This document shows, piece by piece, positions 9,525 through 17,705 of a stretch of DNA of 64,000 nucleotides (positions are counted from its first letter, which is position 1; every line of letters begins with the position of its first letter). This DNA comes from Nitrospirota bacterium. Lineage in GTDB: Bacteria; Nitrospirota; UBA9217. The notes beneath the pieces are model-generated. The model did no database searches. It worked only from the letters and a program-made list of their open reading frames with translations, and had not been told where the DNA came from. A program made the translations under genes and the position numbers. The stretch spans positions 2,976,001 through 3,040,000 of the forward strand of contig OY760142.1 in assembly GCA_963663225.1 (NCBI GenBank), given 5' to 3'.

Positions 9525-10430
9525 TCAGGTATTGGATTTCCAGATGTCGCGAAAAACAAACCATTGAAACGGATATTGCCTTACATACTCCTCAAGAACT
9601 CGGCTGTATTCACGGACTGCCGCTTGTATCGCATTTTTTTTTGCTTCGCCTCTGCCCGTGGGAGGCAAAATCACGTGAGAGACGTCGACGATATATTTTT
9701 TCGGTCCTGTTTTAGCAGACAACAGGACTACGACAGGGCATTCAGCTGCGGCGGCAATGCTGAATGCCCCATAGGGAAACTGCACGCTTTCACCCAGAAA
9801 TGACGCATCAACGGCACTGTATCCGTACGTCCTGTCTCCCATGATTGAAACCAGATTGCCCTGATGAATGGCCTGGATCGCTTCAACCACCCCACCGAGG
9901 GCAGTATCGGTAAAAATAATTTTAACAAGCTCTCGTTCGTTGTCGATATGAAGGGCATTCTTGACTGCGTCATTGTCCTCCGGCCTCATCATCAGATAGA
10001 CGGTTCGTTCGAACTTCTTCAGCGCCGTCATGGTGACCTGCCAGTTCCCGACATGCGCAGTCAGAACAATAAAACCTTTGTTCTGCCTGGCCAATAGGTC
10101 GCGAATTTTGTCATGTCCCAGCAGCTCCATTTCGATATCGCCGCATCCCAGCGACAAGGCATATCGGTCAATCAGATTTTTTCCCTGACTGACAAACAAC
10201 CGGTACACCGAAAGCAGCTGCCTCCCTGCCCCATAATCCGGAAATCGCCTCTCAGCATACGCACGGGCGGCTAAAACCACAGGACGATCTACAATAAGAT
10301 AATACAGGGCGACGAAGTAGAGGAAACCGTACGCCCCCCGCAGTCCGAATATTCTTACTGCCAGATGAAAAAACCAAAAACCCAGACGGTTGCCGCGCTT
10401 CCGCTCAACAGTGCTCTTTTGTAGAGACAT
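9525..10430 (-). CDS. Lipid A acyltransferase-like (LpxL/HtrB family) acyltransferase
   Basis: LTAHVGNW, MGDR, FLG...FPYGAF and YPFQWFVF motifs. Confidence 0.85.
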   Translation of the reverse strand: MSLQKSTVERKRGNRLGFWFFHLAVRIFGLRGAYGFLYFVALYYLIVDRPVVLAARAYAERRFPDYGAGRQLLSVYRLFVSQGKNLIDRYALSLGCGDIEMELLGHDKIRDLLARQNKGFIVLTAHVGNWQVTMTALKKFERTVYLMMRPEDNDAVKNALHIDNERELVKIIFTDTALGGVVEAIQAIHQGNLVSIMGDRTYGYSAVDASFLGESVQFPYGAFSIAAAAECPVVVLLSAKTGPKKYIVDVSHVILPPTGRGEAKKNAIQAAVREYSRVLEEYVRQYPFQWFVFRDIWKSNT

Positions 10431-11607
10431 GAGAATACCTTATTTTTTTGATCGCCGCGGCAGTCAGGTATACGATGGCGCCCATCAACACCGCGGCCAG
10501 CGGCGCAACAAACAGGGAACCGAGAAACCATTCAAAGATGCGGGACGAAAACTCCCTGAAGACCGTTTCGTATGACAAATCCGTCAGCCAGCTGCCATGC
10601 CGCAAATAATACCCCACTTCGATGCATAACGCCGGCATAAAGGGCGGTACGGCCAGATGCTGGACATTCAACGCCACGATTTTGTTCAGATTGAACCGCA
10701 GGGAGACGTAAAAAATGACGATCGAATGCATGAACAAAATCGGGAGCACCGCAATAAACAACCCCACCGCCGCGGACAGCGCCAGGCCTTCCGGGGTCGC
10801 GCTTTCCTGCAGGAGCATTTTCAACACTTTTGCAGGATGTCGCAGGAGCGAAACATCAAAAGCCGACGTATTCTGAACGAGCTTTTTGTGCCTAACCGGC
10901 AGAAGACGCCTTCCGACAAGCATCGTATGAATACGAGCAAGGCGCAAATTATCCAGAATCGGTTTGAAGCTTGAAACCCGTTCTTCCGGCTTCGGGTACA
11001 CAACGTCGATGTCAACCGTTTTAATCGGTATTCCCGCCCATGCAGCCTTTGCCAGCACTTCTGCTTCAAAATCGTATCGAACCCCTTTGAACGGCAACTG
11101 ATTGAGATAGGGAAGCGGATATGCCCGGAAACCGCTCTGACAATCCGGGACAACCTGTCCGGTCTCAACCAGAAGCCAGAAGTTCGCAAACGATCTTCCG
11201 AACCGGCTTGAAAAAGGGACATTTTCCGCAGCAAAATTTCTGTTTCCAACAAGAAGACACGGGTCATCCGTGCGTAAATACGGAAAAAACTTCTTCATGT
11301 CCTGGGGGCAGTGCTGTCCGTCGGCATCGATGGTAATCATAGAGAGAGCGCCTTGTTTCTCGCAGTAATGAGATGCCGTCAATATGGCCTGACCTTTGCC
11401 CAGGTTTTTTTCATGCTTCAGCACAACCACATCAAGATCCGATACCAGCGCTGCGACATCCGCGTCAGTGCTGCCGTCATCCACTACGACCACATGGGGA
11501 AGAACAGCGCGGCATTCCTGCACGATCCGTCGGAGGGTGCTCCCATTATTAAAAACCGGAACGGCACACCAGATGACGTCCAAAGTGAGCGGCTCATGCT
11601 GCTCCAT
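10405..11607 (-). CDS. Glycosyltransferase family 2 fused to a DUF2062-like membrane domain
   Basis: VPVFNN, VVDDGSTD, NLGKG, DADGQH and DCQSGFRAY GT2 motifs, then ATPEGLALSAAVGLFIAVLP...LN membrane domain. Start moved to ATG 11607 (MEQHEPL). Confidence 0.85.
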   Translation of the reverse strand: MEQHEPLTLDVIWCAVPVFNNGSTLRRIVQECRAVLPHVVVVDDGSTDADVAALVSDLDVVVLKHEKNLGKGQAILTASHYCEKQGALSMITIDADGQHCPQDMKKFFPYLRTDDPCLLVGNRNFAAENVPFSSRFGRSFANFWLLVETGQVVPDCQSGFRAYPLPYLNQLPFKGVRYDFEAEVLAKAAWAGIPIKTVDIDVVYPKPEERVSSFKPILDNLRLARIHTMLVGRRLLPVRHKKLVQNTSAFDVSLLRHPAKVLKMLLQESATPEGLALSAAVGLFIAVLPILFMHSIVIFYVSLRFNLNKIVALNVQHLAVPPFMPALCIEVGYYLRHGSWLTDLSYETVFREFSSRIFEWFLGSLFVAPLAAVLMGAIVYLTAAAIKKIRYSHVSTKEHC

Positions 11608-12964
11608 GCGTCTTTCTCTCCCTCTTTTTTTTACCGGGAAGCAGCAGGTCCCACATGGGCCCCGTATATCCAAGCTTATGCAGCACCTGAAGGCTGCTGT
11701 CATAGCTGTCAGGAGGAAACACACAGTGACGTACGCCTTCAAAAGCCTTTGTCAATGTTTCCTCAAGCCACGTTCTGTCTACAGCCGGAGAAAGATAATA
11801 CACGGGATGCAGCATTCCCGTCTCCGGTGAAATCACCTTTTCCTTGAGGGCTATGCGTTCCAGCGGAGTATTCGGCAAAATACGGATGCCCATGAAAATG
11901 AAAATCACGCTTTTTTTGAGGCCGAGAATATTCCGGATGCCTTCGCGCACCGTGTCTTGTGTTTCTCCCGGGCCTCCGAACATGACGAAATGCGATATTG
12001 CGATATCATGCCGCGCAAACATATCACTGGTCTCTGCGACATCAGCAAACGTAAAACTTTTGCCCATCGCTTTGAGCGTGGCATCGGAAGTTGCATCGGC
12101 CCCGATTTCGGCGGCAACGAACCCCGTTTTTTTCATCCGTTCCACAATCTCGTCGGTCATGCCTTTCGGCTTGAAATATCCGGTCCACGGAAGAACAACA
12201 TTGCGCCGCAGCATTTCGTCAACTATTTCGAGATAAGCGCCTTCGTCGTCATTAAACACCGAATCGACGAAAAAAATATACTTCGCCTTGAATTTGTCCC
12301 GGAGAAGTTCGATATCGTCAACTACCGCGCCGGGCTCCCGCCTGCGAATCTGCGAGCCCTCGAGCAGGGGATAGGTACAGTACACGCATTTATAGGCGCA
12401 CCCGCGCTTCGTCTGGACGGAAGCAATATTGCCGTTATGCAGATAAAACTCGATCAGTTTCTCATCATACCGTGCGGAACAAATCTGATTGCCGGAAAGT
12501 TTCGGCGCGGACGTCAGGATGGATTCCGGAGGATACACTCCGCGCGCGGCATTATTTGCGAATTCAACGATCAGCTCTTCCCCTTCCCCGACGATGCCGT
12601 AATCAGCACCGGTTTTCTGTAAAATCCCTTCGGGAATGAGTGAAAAACCGGCCCCCCCGAGCAGTATTCTGGCATCCGTTGCCGTTCTGACGCTGTCTAC
12701 AATGTCTTTGACATTTTGGATGTAATATCGCTCATTCATGAAGTTCACATTGTCGATATTTCGCACGGATATCCCGACAAGATCAGGTTGTAACCGGAGC
12801 ACTTCATTGCGGACGGCATCAAGCGAATTGCCCTGGTGAAGAAAATCGACCTGGTGGACCTCATGACCGGCTTTGGCAAGAGCAGCGGCAATCATGCTCA
12901 AACCGAGCGGATACACGGGATACGGAGAAATGGTCGTATTTGCGGAAATAAGCATGATTTTCAT
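11594..12964 (-). CDS. Lipid-biosynthesis B12-binding radical SAM protein (ladderane-island type)
   Basis: N-terminus MKIMLISANTTISPYPVYPLGL and GISVRNIDN, characteristic of the lipid-cluster B12/rSAM family; KRGCAYKCVYC. Confidence 0.88.
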   Translation of the reverse strand: MKIMLISANTTISPYPVYPLGLSMIAAALAKAGHEVHQVDFLHQGNSLDAVRNEVLRLQPDLVGISVRNIDNVNFMNERYYIQNVKDIVDSVRTATDARILLGGAGFSLIPEGILQKTGADYGIVGEGEELIVEFANNAARGVYPPESILTSAPKLSGNQICSARYDEKLIEFYLHNGNIASVQTKRGCAYKCVYCTYPLLEGSQIRRREPGAVVDDIELLRDKFKAKYIFFVDSVFNDDEGAYLEIVDEMLRRNVVLPWTGYFKPKGMTDEIVERMKKTGFVAAEIGADATSDATLKAMGKSFTFADVAETSDMFARHDIAISHFVMFGGPGETQDTVREGIRNILGLKKSVIFIFMGIRILPNTPLERIALKEKVISPETGMLHPVYYLSPAVDRTWLEETLTKAFEGVRHCVFPPDSYDSSLQVLHKLGYTGPMWDLLLPGKKKRERKTHGAA

Positions 12965-14223
12965 CGTGTCATCTCCGTTTTTTTCTGCGTTCTGCGCCTG
13001 AGGCCGGCATGGCGGTACGTTCCATCAAGCTTTTCTTTCTCAATTACCTTCAGGAACAGCTTCGCCATTTTCAGGTTCTGGCTGCTGTCGCTGTAAAAAC
13101 GGTCCCAGGCATAGTAGTAAAGCTCCTGGAGCCTTTCAGTCGTCATTTTTGCCGGTTGATACACTACTTCCCCGCCGGTATACCGTCTCCAGTCGTTCGT
13201 CAGCACGCGTCCTTCCTTGAGCAAGCGTTCACGGATGGGCGTATGTGGAAACGGGGTCAGGATGGTAAACTCCGCGAGTTCCAGATTGATTTCGAGCAAA
13301 AAATCGACCAGCCGTTTGATATAGTCTTCATCCTGCTCGTCCGTGCCCAGGATAATGGTCCCTTCGACGCCGATGCCGCGTTCATGCAGACGCCGGATCC
13401 TGTTTCTGATATGGTCGGATGTATCAAAAATCGCCTGGTATACATACCAGCAGCCTGCTTCAGCGGCCAGATCCAGAATTTCATCGTCATCCTTGATAGG
13501 ATGACATACCCATTTCTTTTTTAAGGGAATCAGCGCCTTGAAAAGGTCCTTTTCCCATTGGTCGTTCTGGGCCAATGAATTATCCACAAAGAACAAACGG
13601 TTGTTGTCGATGTTTTCGATTTCACGGATCACGTCATCGATAGGACGCGGCCTGAACTCGCGTCCGCCGAGATACGGCGTGCAGCAGGGAAAGCAGTTAA
13701 ATTTGCAGCCTCGTGACGCATGTATCAAATCCACCATCTGCACACCGCGATAATTATAAAGTCTGCGTTTCAGGATGTCCCGTCTCGCGGGGCCTACCAG
13801 CGCTATGTCCGGAAGATTTTTCCGATAGTCATAGACTTTTTTGAGCTGGCCGTTCCTGAAATCGGCAATGACGCGGTCAAAGCGTCCTTCCGTCTCTCCC
13901 AGAAAAACTGAATCAGCATGCAAGGTGGTCTCTTCCGCATGAAGCATGGTCCCGATGCCGCCGAAGAGTACGGGAATTTTCCGTGCACGGTACCTATCCG
14001 CGATTTCCCATCCCCGGGGAATCTGGCACGTCAGCATGCAGGAAATCGCCACGAGATCGACCTGTTCATCAAAATCGATTTCTTCGACATTTTCGTCGGT
14101 AAAAGCCAGCGCAATATCTGGGGGCACTGTTGCTGCAAAACACACGGGACCGTGCGGCGGCAGATGAAACTCCGTCTGACGGTCCAGCTTCGGCCACTTT
14201 GGGTAAAGGAGCTTTATTTTCAC
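12961..14223 (-). CDS. B12-binding radical SAM protein
   Basis: DENVE...DLVAIS...FGGI...GETEG B12-domain features; SRGCKFNCFPC; FFVDNS; TPFPHTP. Confidence 0.85.
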   Translation of the reverse strand: MKIKLLYPKWPKLDRQTEFHLPPHGPVCFAATVPPDIALAFTDENVEEIDFDEQVDLVAISCMLTCQIPRGWEIADRYRARKIPVLFGGIGTMLHAEETTLHADSVFLGETEGRFDRVIADFRNGQLKKVYDYRKNLPDIALVGPARRDILKRRLYNYRGVQMVDLIHASRGCKFNCFPCCTPYLGGREFRPRPIDDVIREIENIDNNRLFFVDNSLAQNDQWEKDLFKALIPLKKKWVCHPIKDDDEILDLAAEAGCWYVYQAIFDTSDHIRNRIRRLHERGIGVEGTIILGTDEQDEDYIKRLVDFLLEINLELAEFTILTPFPHTPIRERLLKEGRVLTNDWRRYTGGEVVYQPAKMTTERLQELYYYAWDRFYSDSSQNLKMAKLFLKVIEKEKLDGTYRHAGLRRRTQKKTEMTR

Positions 14224-14894
14224 GCTGCACCTTTCTTATTGTTCAAAAGTAATAATGCCTGCACCATGTGGGAAAGGTCCGGTTTGTGTTCCAGAAGAGA
14301 TTTGATCGTGTCCGCTTCACAGAAATCTTCATCGGTTTTAACGGGGCTGAATATAAAATATACGGCCTCGTTTTCTTCCGCCTGCCCTCCCAGCATCATC
14401 GAAGCTTCCCGGGCCGCAAACATATCTCCGACCATGTCCATTATCATTGCAAGCGCACTGCCTGCTGCCGAAGCATAGAGAAGCGGGCCGGTAAAACCAA
14501 AATGGATGGCGGCTTCACCCAAAGGGCTTGAAGGAAGTGTATAGATAAACAAATTTGCACGGGATAAAGTCCGTCCGCCTTGGATATAATCCTTGAAATA
14601 TGCCATGTCCGACCGGAGCGAACCCTCGCTGTTTGTTCCGATAATACCGATATCCAGTTTTTTTGAAGGCGCGTATTCGATGCCCGCATCCCGAAGCGCG
14701 AGTGAGGCGGCACATGCGGTCATCCGGGAGATCCGGTCCAGACGCCCGAAATTTTTGAACGGGTAAGCAAATATGTCCTCTTTACCAAGGGACCTGCCCC
14801 CTTGATCATCGGAAAGCGGATGCTGTATCTTTCTTTTTATGCAACCATAACCTGACTTTGTGATCCAGCCTATGCCGTGCACATACATTGTCAT
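14220..14894 (-). CDS. Truncated ketosynthase-like chain-length factor
   Basis: 224 aa, KS N-terminal domain only: FGRLDRISR and FIYTLPSSPLGEAAIHFGFTGP; no catalytic Cys/His. Confidence 0.78.
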   Translation of the reverse strand: MTMYVHGIGWITKSGYGCIKRKIQHPLSDDQGGRSLGKEDIFAYPFKNFGRLDRISRMTACAASLALRDAGIEYAPSKKLDIGIIGTNSEGSLRSDMAYFKDYIQGGRTLSRANLFIYTLPSSPLGEAAIHFGFTGPLLYASAAGSALAMIMDMVGDMFAAREASMMLGGQAEENEAVYFIFSPVKTDEDFCEADTIKSLLEHKPDLSHMVQALLLLNNKKGAA

Positions 14895-15047
14895 AAGATT
14901 TTCTCACCCGTGCAAAAAAGGTGACCCGTTGAAAACGGATTACAGCAGTCAAAATAACCCTTTGCGGCAGGGTTGACATTCGTCGTGCAGGCAGCGGCGT
15001 TTTTTGGGAGGCGGACCCGCTTTCAGTGCACGAAAAAAAATGGAAAT

Positions 15048-16166
15048 TCAGGCCAGAACCAGCGCGGTATTCACGCCGCTGAATCCGGCATTCGTTATGA
15101 GTGCCCTGGTGCCCTGGACCGGTTGTTGTTCACCGGATACCCATCCTGCGGCATCGTCGTCAGGATGCTGCAAATTGACCGTGGGCGGTGCAAGTTTCTG
15201 CTGCAGCGCCCGTTGAGCGATGATCATTTCTACCAGACCTGCCGCTCCCATCGTATGGCCGATTCCGCCTTTCAGAGAGTAGACCGGCAGCTTGCGGCCT
15301 TGAAATACCGACCGAAAAGCCCGCATCTCCATGGCATCGTTATATTGGGTGCCGGTACCATGTGCCGCAATAAACCCCACCTCTTCCGGCGAAATTTTTG
15401 CGGCGTGAAGGGCTTTGTTTATGGCCGCGATCAATCCTTCGCTTTCGCGGGAAGGCCCGGTCATATGGTTGGCATCATCGCTCAGTCCCCATCCGGCAAG
15501 CTCACCCAGTACGGTTCTGGCCTCTTTTCTGGCGCGTTCTTCACTCATGACGAGCGCAAATGCCGCAGCTTCACCGACATTCAACCCCGCCCTGTTCTTG
15601 TCGAAAGGACGCGCCGGAACAGCGTCCAGCGCCATAAGCGAAGAAAAACCAGAAAAAATAAACTCCGTCACGCTGTCGCACGCAACGACAAGCACGCAAT
15701 CAGCACGACCGCTCCGGATCATGGCCGCAGCGCGCGCGGCAGCAGCGGATGAGGATGTGCAGGCTGCCGAAATGATCGCGCCTTCCCCTTGTAGCCCTGC
15801 AAGAACGGCAATTTTTTCAAAAAGACGCTCCAGCCTGCTCTCCGCAGGATCGCCGGTCTTTTCCAGAATACTTTTTTCCAGAAAGTCCACTTCGCCTTTG
15901 GTCGTCGCTAGCAGCAGCCGGGAATCATTCGGAATGGATGCATGCCGCTGTTTAAAAAGCAGCGTAAGCATCTGCATTACCAAGGAGGTGTTTCCATGAT
16001 AAACCAGTCCTGGTATTGTACCCGCATACGGGGATTGAAATGCAGTAGCCCTGAACCTGGTCACCGGGGTCACCGCTGTCCGGCCGGTCATGATGCCGTT
16101 CCAGCAGGCATCAATACCCCTCCCGTACGGTGTTATCATATCTGATTCGACAATGACAGCTTTCAT
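15048..16166 (-). CDS. Beta-ketoacyl-ACP synthase (type II KS)
   Basis: SAACTSS, AAHGTGT, GHTMGAAG. Start set at ATG 16166 (ATGA overlap with the thioesterase stop). Confidence 0.9.
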   Translation of the reverse strand: MKAVIVESDMITPYGRGIDACWNGIMTGRTAVTPVTRFRATAFQSPYAGTIPGLVYHGNTSLVMQMLTLLFKQRHASIPNDSRLLLATTKGEVDFLEKSILEKTGDPAESRLERLFEKIAVLAGLQGEGAIISAACTSSSAAAARAAAMIRSGRADCVLVVACDSVTEFIFSGFSSLMALDAVPARPFDKNRAGLNVGEAAAFALVMSEERARKEARTVLGELAGWGLSDDANHMTGPSRESEGLIAAINKALHAAKISPEEVGFIAAHGTGTQYNDAMEMRAFRSVFQGRKLPVYSLKGGIGHTMGAAGLVEMIIAQRALQQKLAPPTVNLQHPDDDAAGWVSGEQQPVQGTRALITNAGFSGVNTALVLA

Positions 16167-16645
16167 GAACGACGAAGGAACTCTCCTGTCCTCCACCTGT
16201 CTCTGCACCGTTCAAGCATTGCCGGTGAGAGAATCGCGGGTTTACCGGTTTTATGGTCCGTAAAAAGCTGGACGGTATATCCGCTTGTGGCCAGTGTTCC
16301 GTCTTGCTTTATTACCTGGAATTCCGTATTCAGTCTTGCGCCCTCGTGCCAGATGAGGGATGCCCTTACAGTAAACTCTTCATCAAGGAAAAGCGGCTGA
16401 AAATAATCAATATGGAGTTCTACAATGGGGGCGCGCAGCCCGGCTTCAAAAAAATCCTTATACGACATGCCGCATCGCCTGCCGAGTTCTTCCGAGGCTT
16501 CCTCGAACAAGAGCGGATATCTTCCATGCCACATGATCGCCATGGGATCCGCCTCATTAAAATGAACGCGGTGCCTGACCTCAACACGAACGGGTTCAGG
16601 GGAGCCCGGCATCCGCTCAAAATATTGTTTTTGTCTTCTTCTCAT
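16163..16645 (-). CDS. Acyl-CoA/ACP thioesterase (4HBT-like hot-dog fold)
   Basis: RVHFNEADPMAIMWHGRY...FEEA motif. Confidence 0.85.
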   Translation of the reverse strand: MRRRQKQYFERMPGSPEPVRVEVRHRVHFNEADPMAIMWHGRYPLLFEEASEELGRRCGMSYKDFFEAGLRAPIVELHIDYFQPLFLDEEFTVRASLIWHEGARLNTEFQVIKQDGTLATSGYTVQLFTDHKTGKPAILSPAMLERCRDRWRTGEFLRRS

Positions 16646-17040
16646 GGGAGTCGTTGTTTTTTCTTTCCGCTTTTGAAAACAACCCGCAGCTTCAGTTCGG
16701 CAACTTTTGCATCGGCTTTCGTAATAGCCGCTTTGAAAGTGGACTCACCGCCGTCCTCACCGATACTGATGAGCTGGCAGGTTATTTCCTCCTCGGGAAA
16801 CACGGGGGTCAGGTATTTTGCAAGAATAATCTCTTTGAGGCCGACTGTTTTCCCGAATGCTTTTTCGAGCGTTGTGACGGCACATTGAATCTGGCAGGCG
16901 CCCGGCAAAACTTTTTTTGCAGGGAAATGACCCTGGAAGCCTATGAACTCCTGCGGGAAAATAAACCGTGAAGCAACCGACCGGTCGTCTTTTGTCAAAC
17001 CGATCATATGCCGCTCGACCTCGGCTTTGATCTTACTCAC
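16642..17040 (-). CDS. 3-hydroxyacyl-ACP dehydratase subunit (FabA/FabZ, ApeI-like)
   Basis: FQGHFP...LPGACQIQ motif; 132 aa hot-dog size. Confidence 0.82.
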   Translation of the reverse strand: MSKIKAEVERHMIGLTKDDRSVASRFIFPQEFIGFQGHFPAKKVLPGACQIQCAVTTLEKAFGKTVGLKEIILAKYLTPVFPEEEITCQLISIGEDGGESTFKAAITKADAKVAELKLRVVFKSGKKKQRLP

Positions 17041-17705
17041 TAATTGAGCTCCTTATGATGTACGGTCAACGTATAGCCGTGTTGGTAGTTGACCAGAATG
17101 ATGTCCTGCGGAAAACGCTTTCCCTTAAAATCCCGATACCCGTTGTAAGAGATTTGCCAGGCAATTATATGGTTTTCATCGTAGTAGCGTTTTTCAACAA
17201 GATCACCCTGCTGTCTTGAAAAAATATATTCTATGAATCCGGCGTCCCAAACCTGTCTGTAGTGAAACCGATATTTTCTTTTCCATACCGATGCTTCGGA
17301 AGAGGGAAGAAGATTAAAATAGATGCGCCTGATATCAGTGCTTACAGCTGCAGCAATGTCTCCGTATTGGAGAAGAACCCCTATGGCGTACTGGGTTGTT
17401 ACCATGCGTTCATCCCCGGACAGTTCGAACAGCTTCACGCCCATTGGATTCAGGCACGCAACCCTAAAAAGATGCTTGTTTGTATCGATTTCCAGGGTGC
17501 CGAGACCGAGAAATTTTTGACCATTATACTCAAAAACAACTGTGTTAAGCAATTGAAAAATTTCCGGAATTGATAAACGGAACCTTTCCACAACGGCTTG
17601 CGGATCAGCAGATTCCGCAGAACTGGAGGTTGTCCCTTGGATCGGAGCATGAGTACACCCGTAAAAAAAAGCTAACAGTATGAATAGTAAATGAAATCGC
17701 TTCAT
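17040..17705 (-). CDS. Lipoprotein, DUF3261/ApeN-like
   Basis: Signal peptide with FYGC lipobox; NPMGVKLFEL...DIRRIYF; position directly after the MMPL gene as in aryl-polyene clusters. Start ATG 17705 overlaps the MMPL stop. Confidence 0.6.
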   Translation of the reverse strand: MKRFHLLFILLAFFYGCTHAPIQGTTSSSAESADPQAVVERFRLSIPEIFQLLNTVVFEYNGQKFLGLGTLEIDTNKHLFRVACLNPMGVKLFELSGDERMVTTQYAIGVLLQYGDIAAAVSTDIRRIYFNLLPSSEASVWKRKYRFHYRQVWDAGFIEYIFSRQQGDLVEKRYYDENHIIAWQISYNGYRDFKGKRFPQDIILVNYQHGYTLTVHHKELN

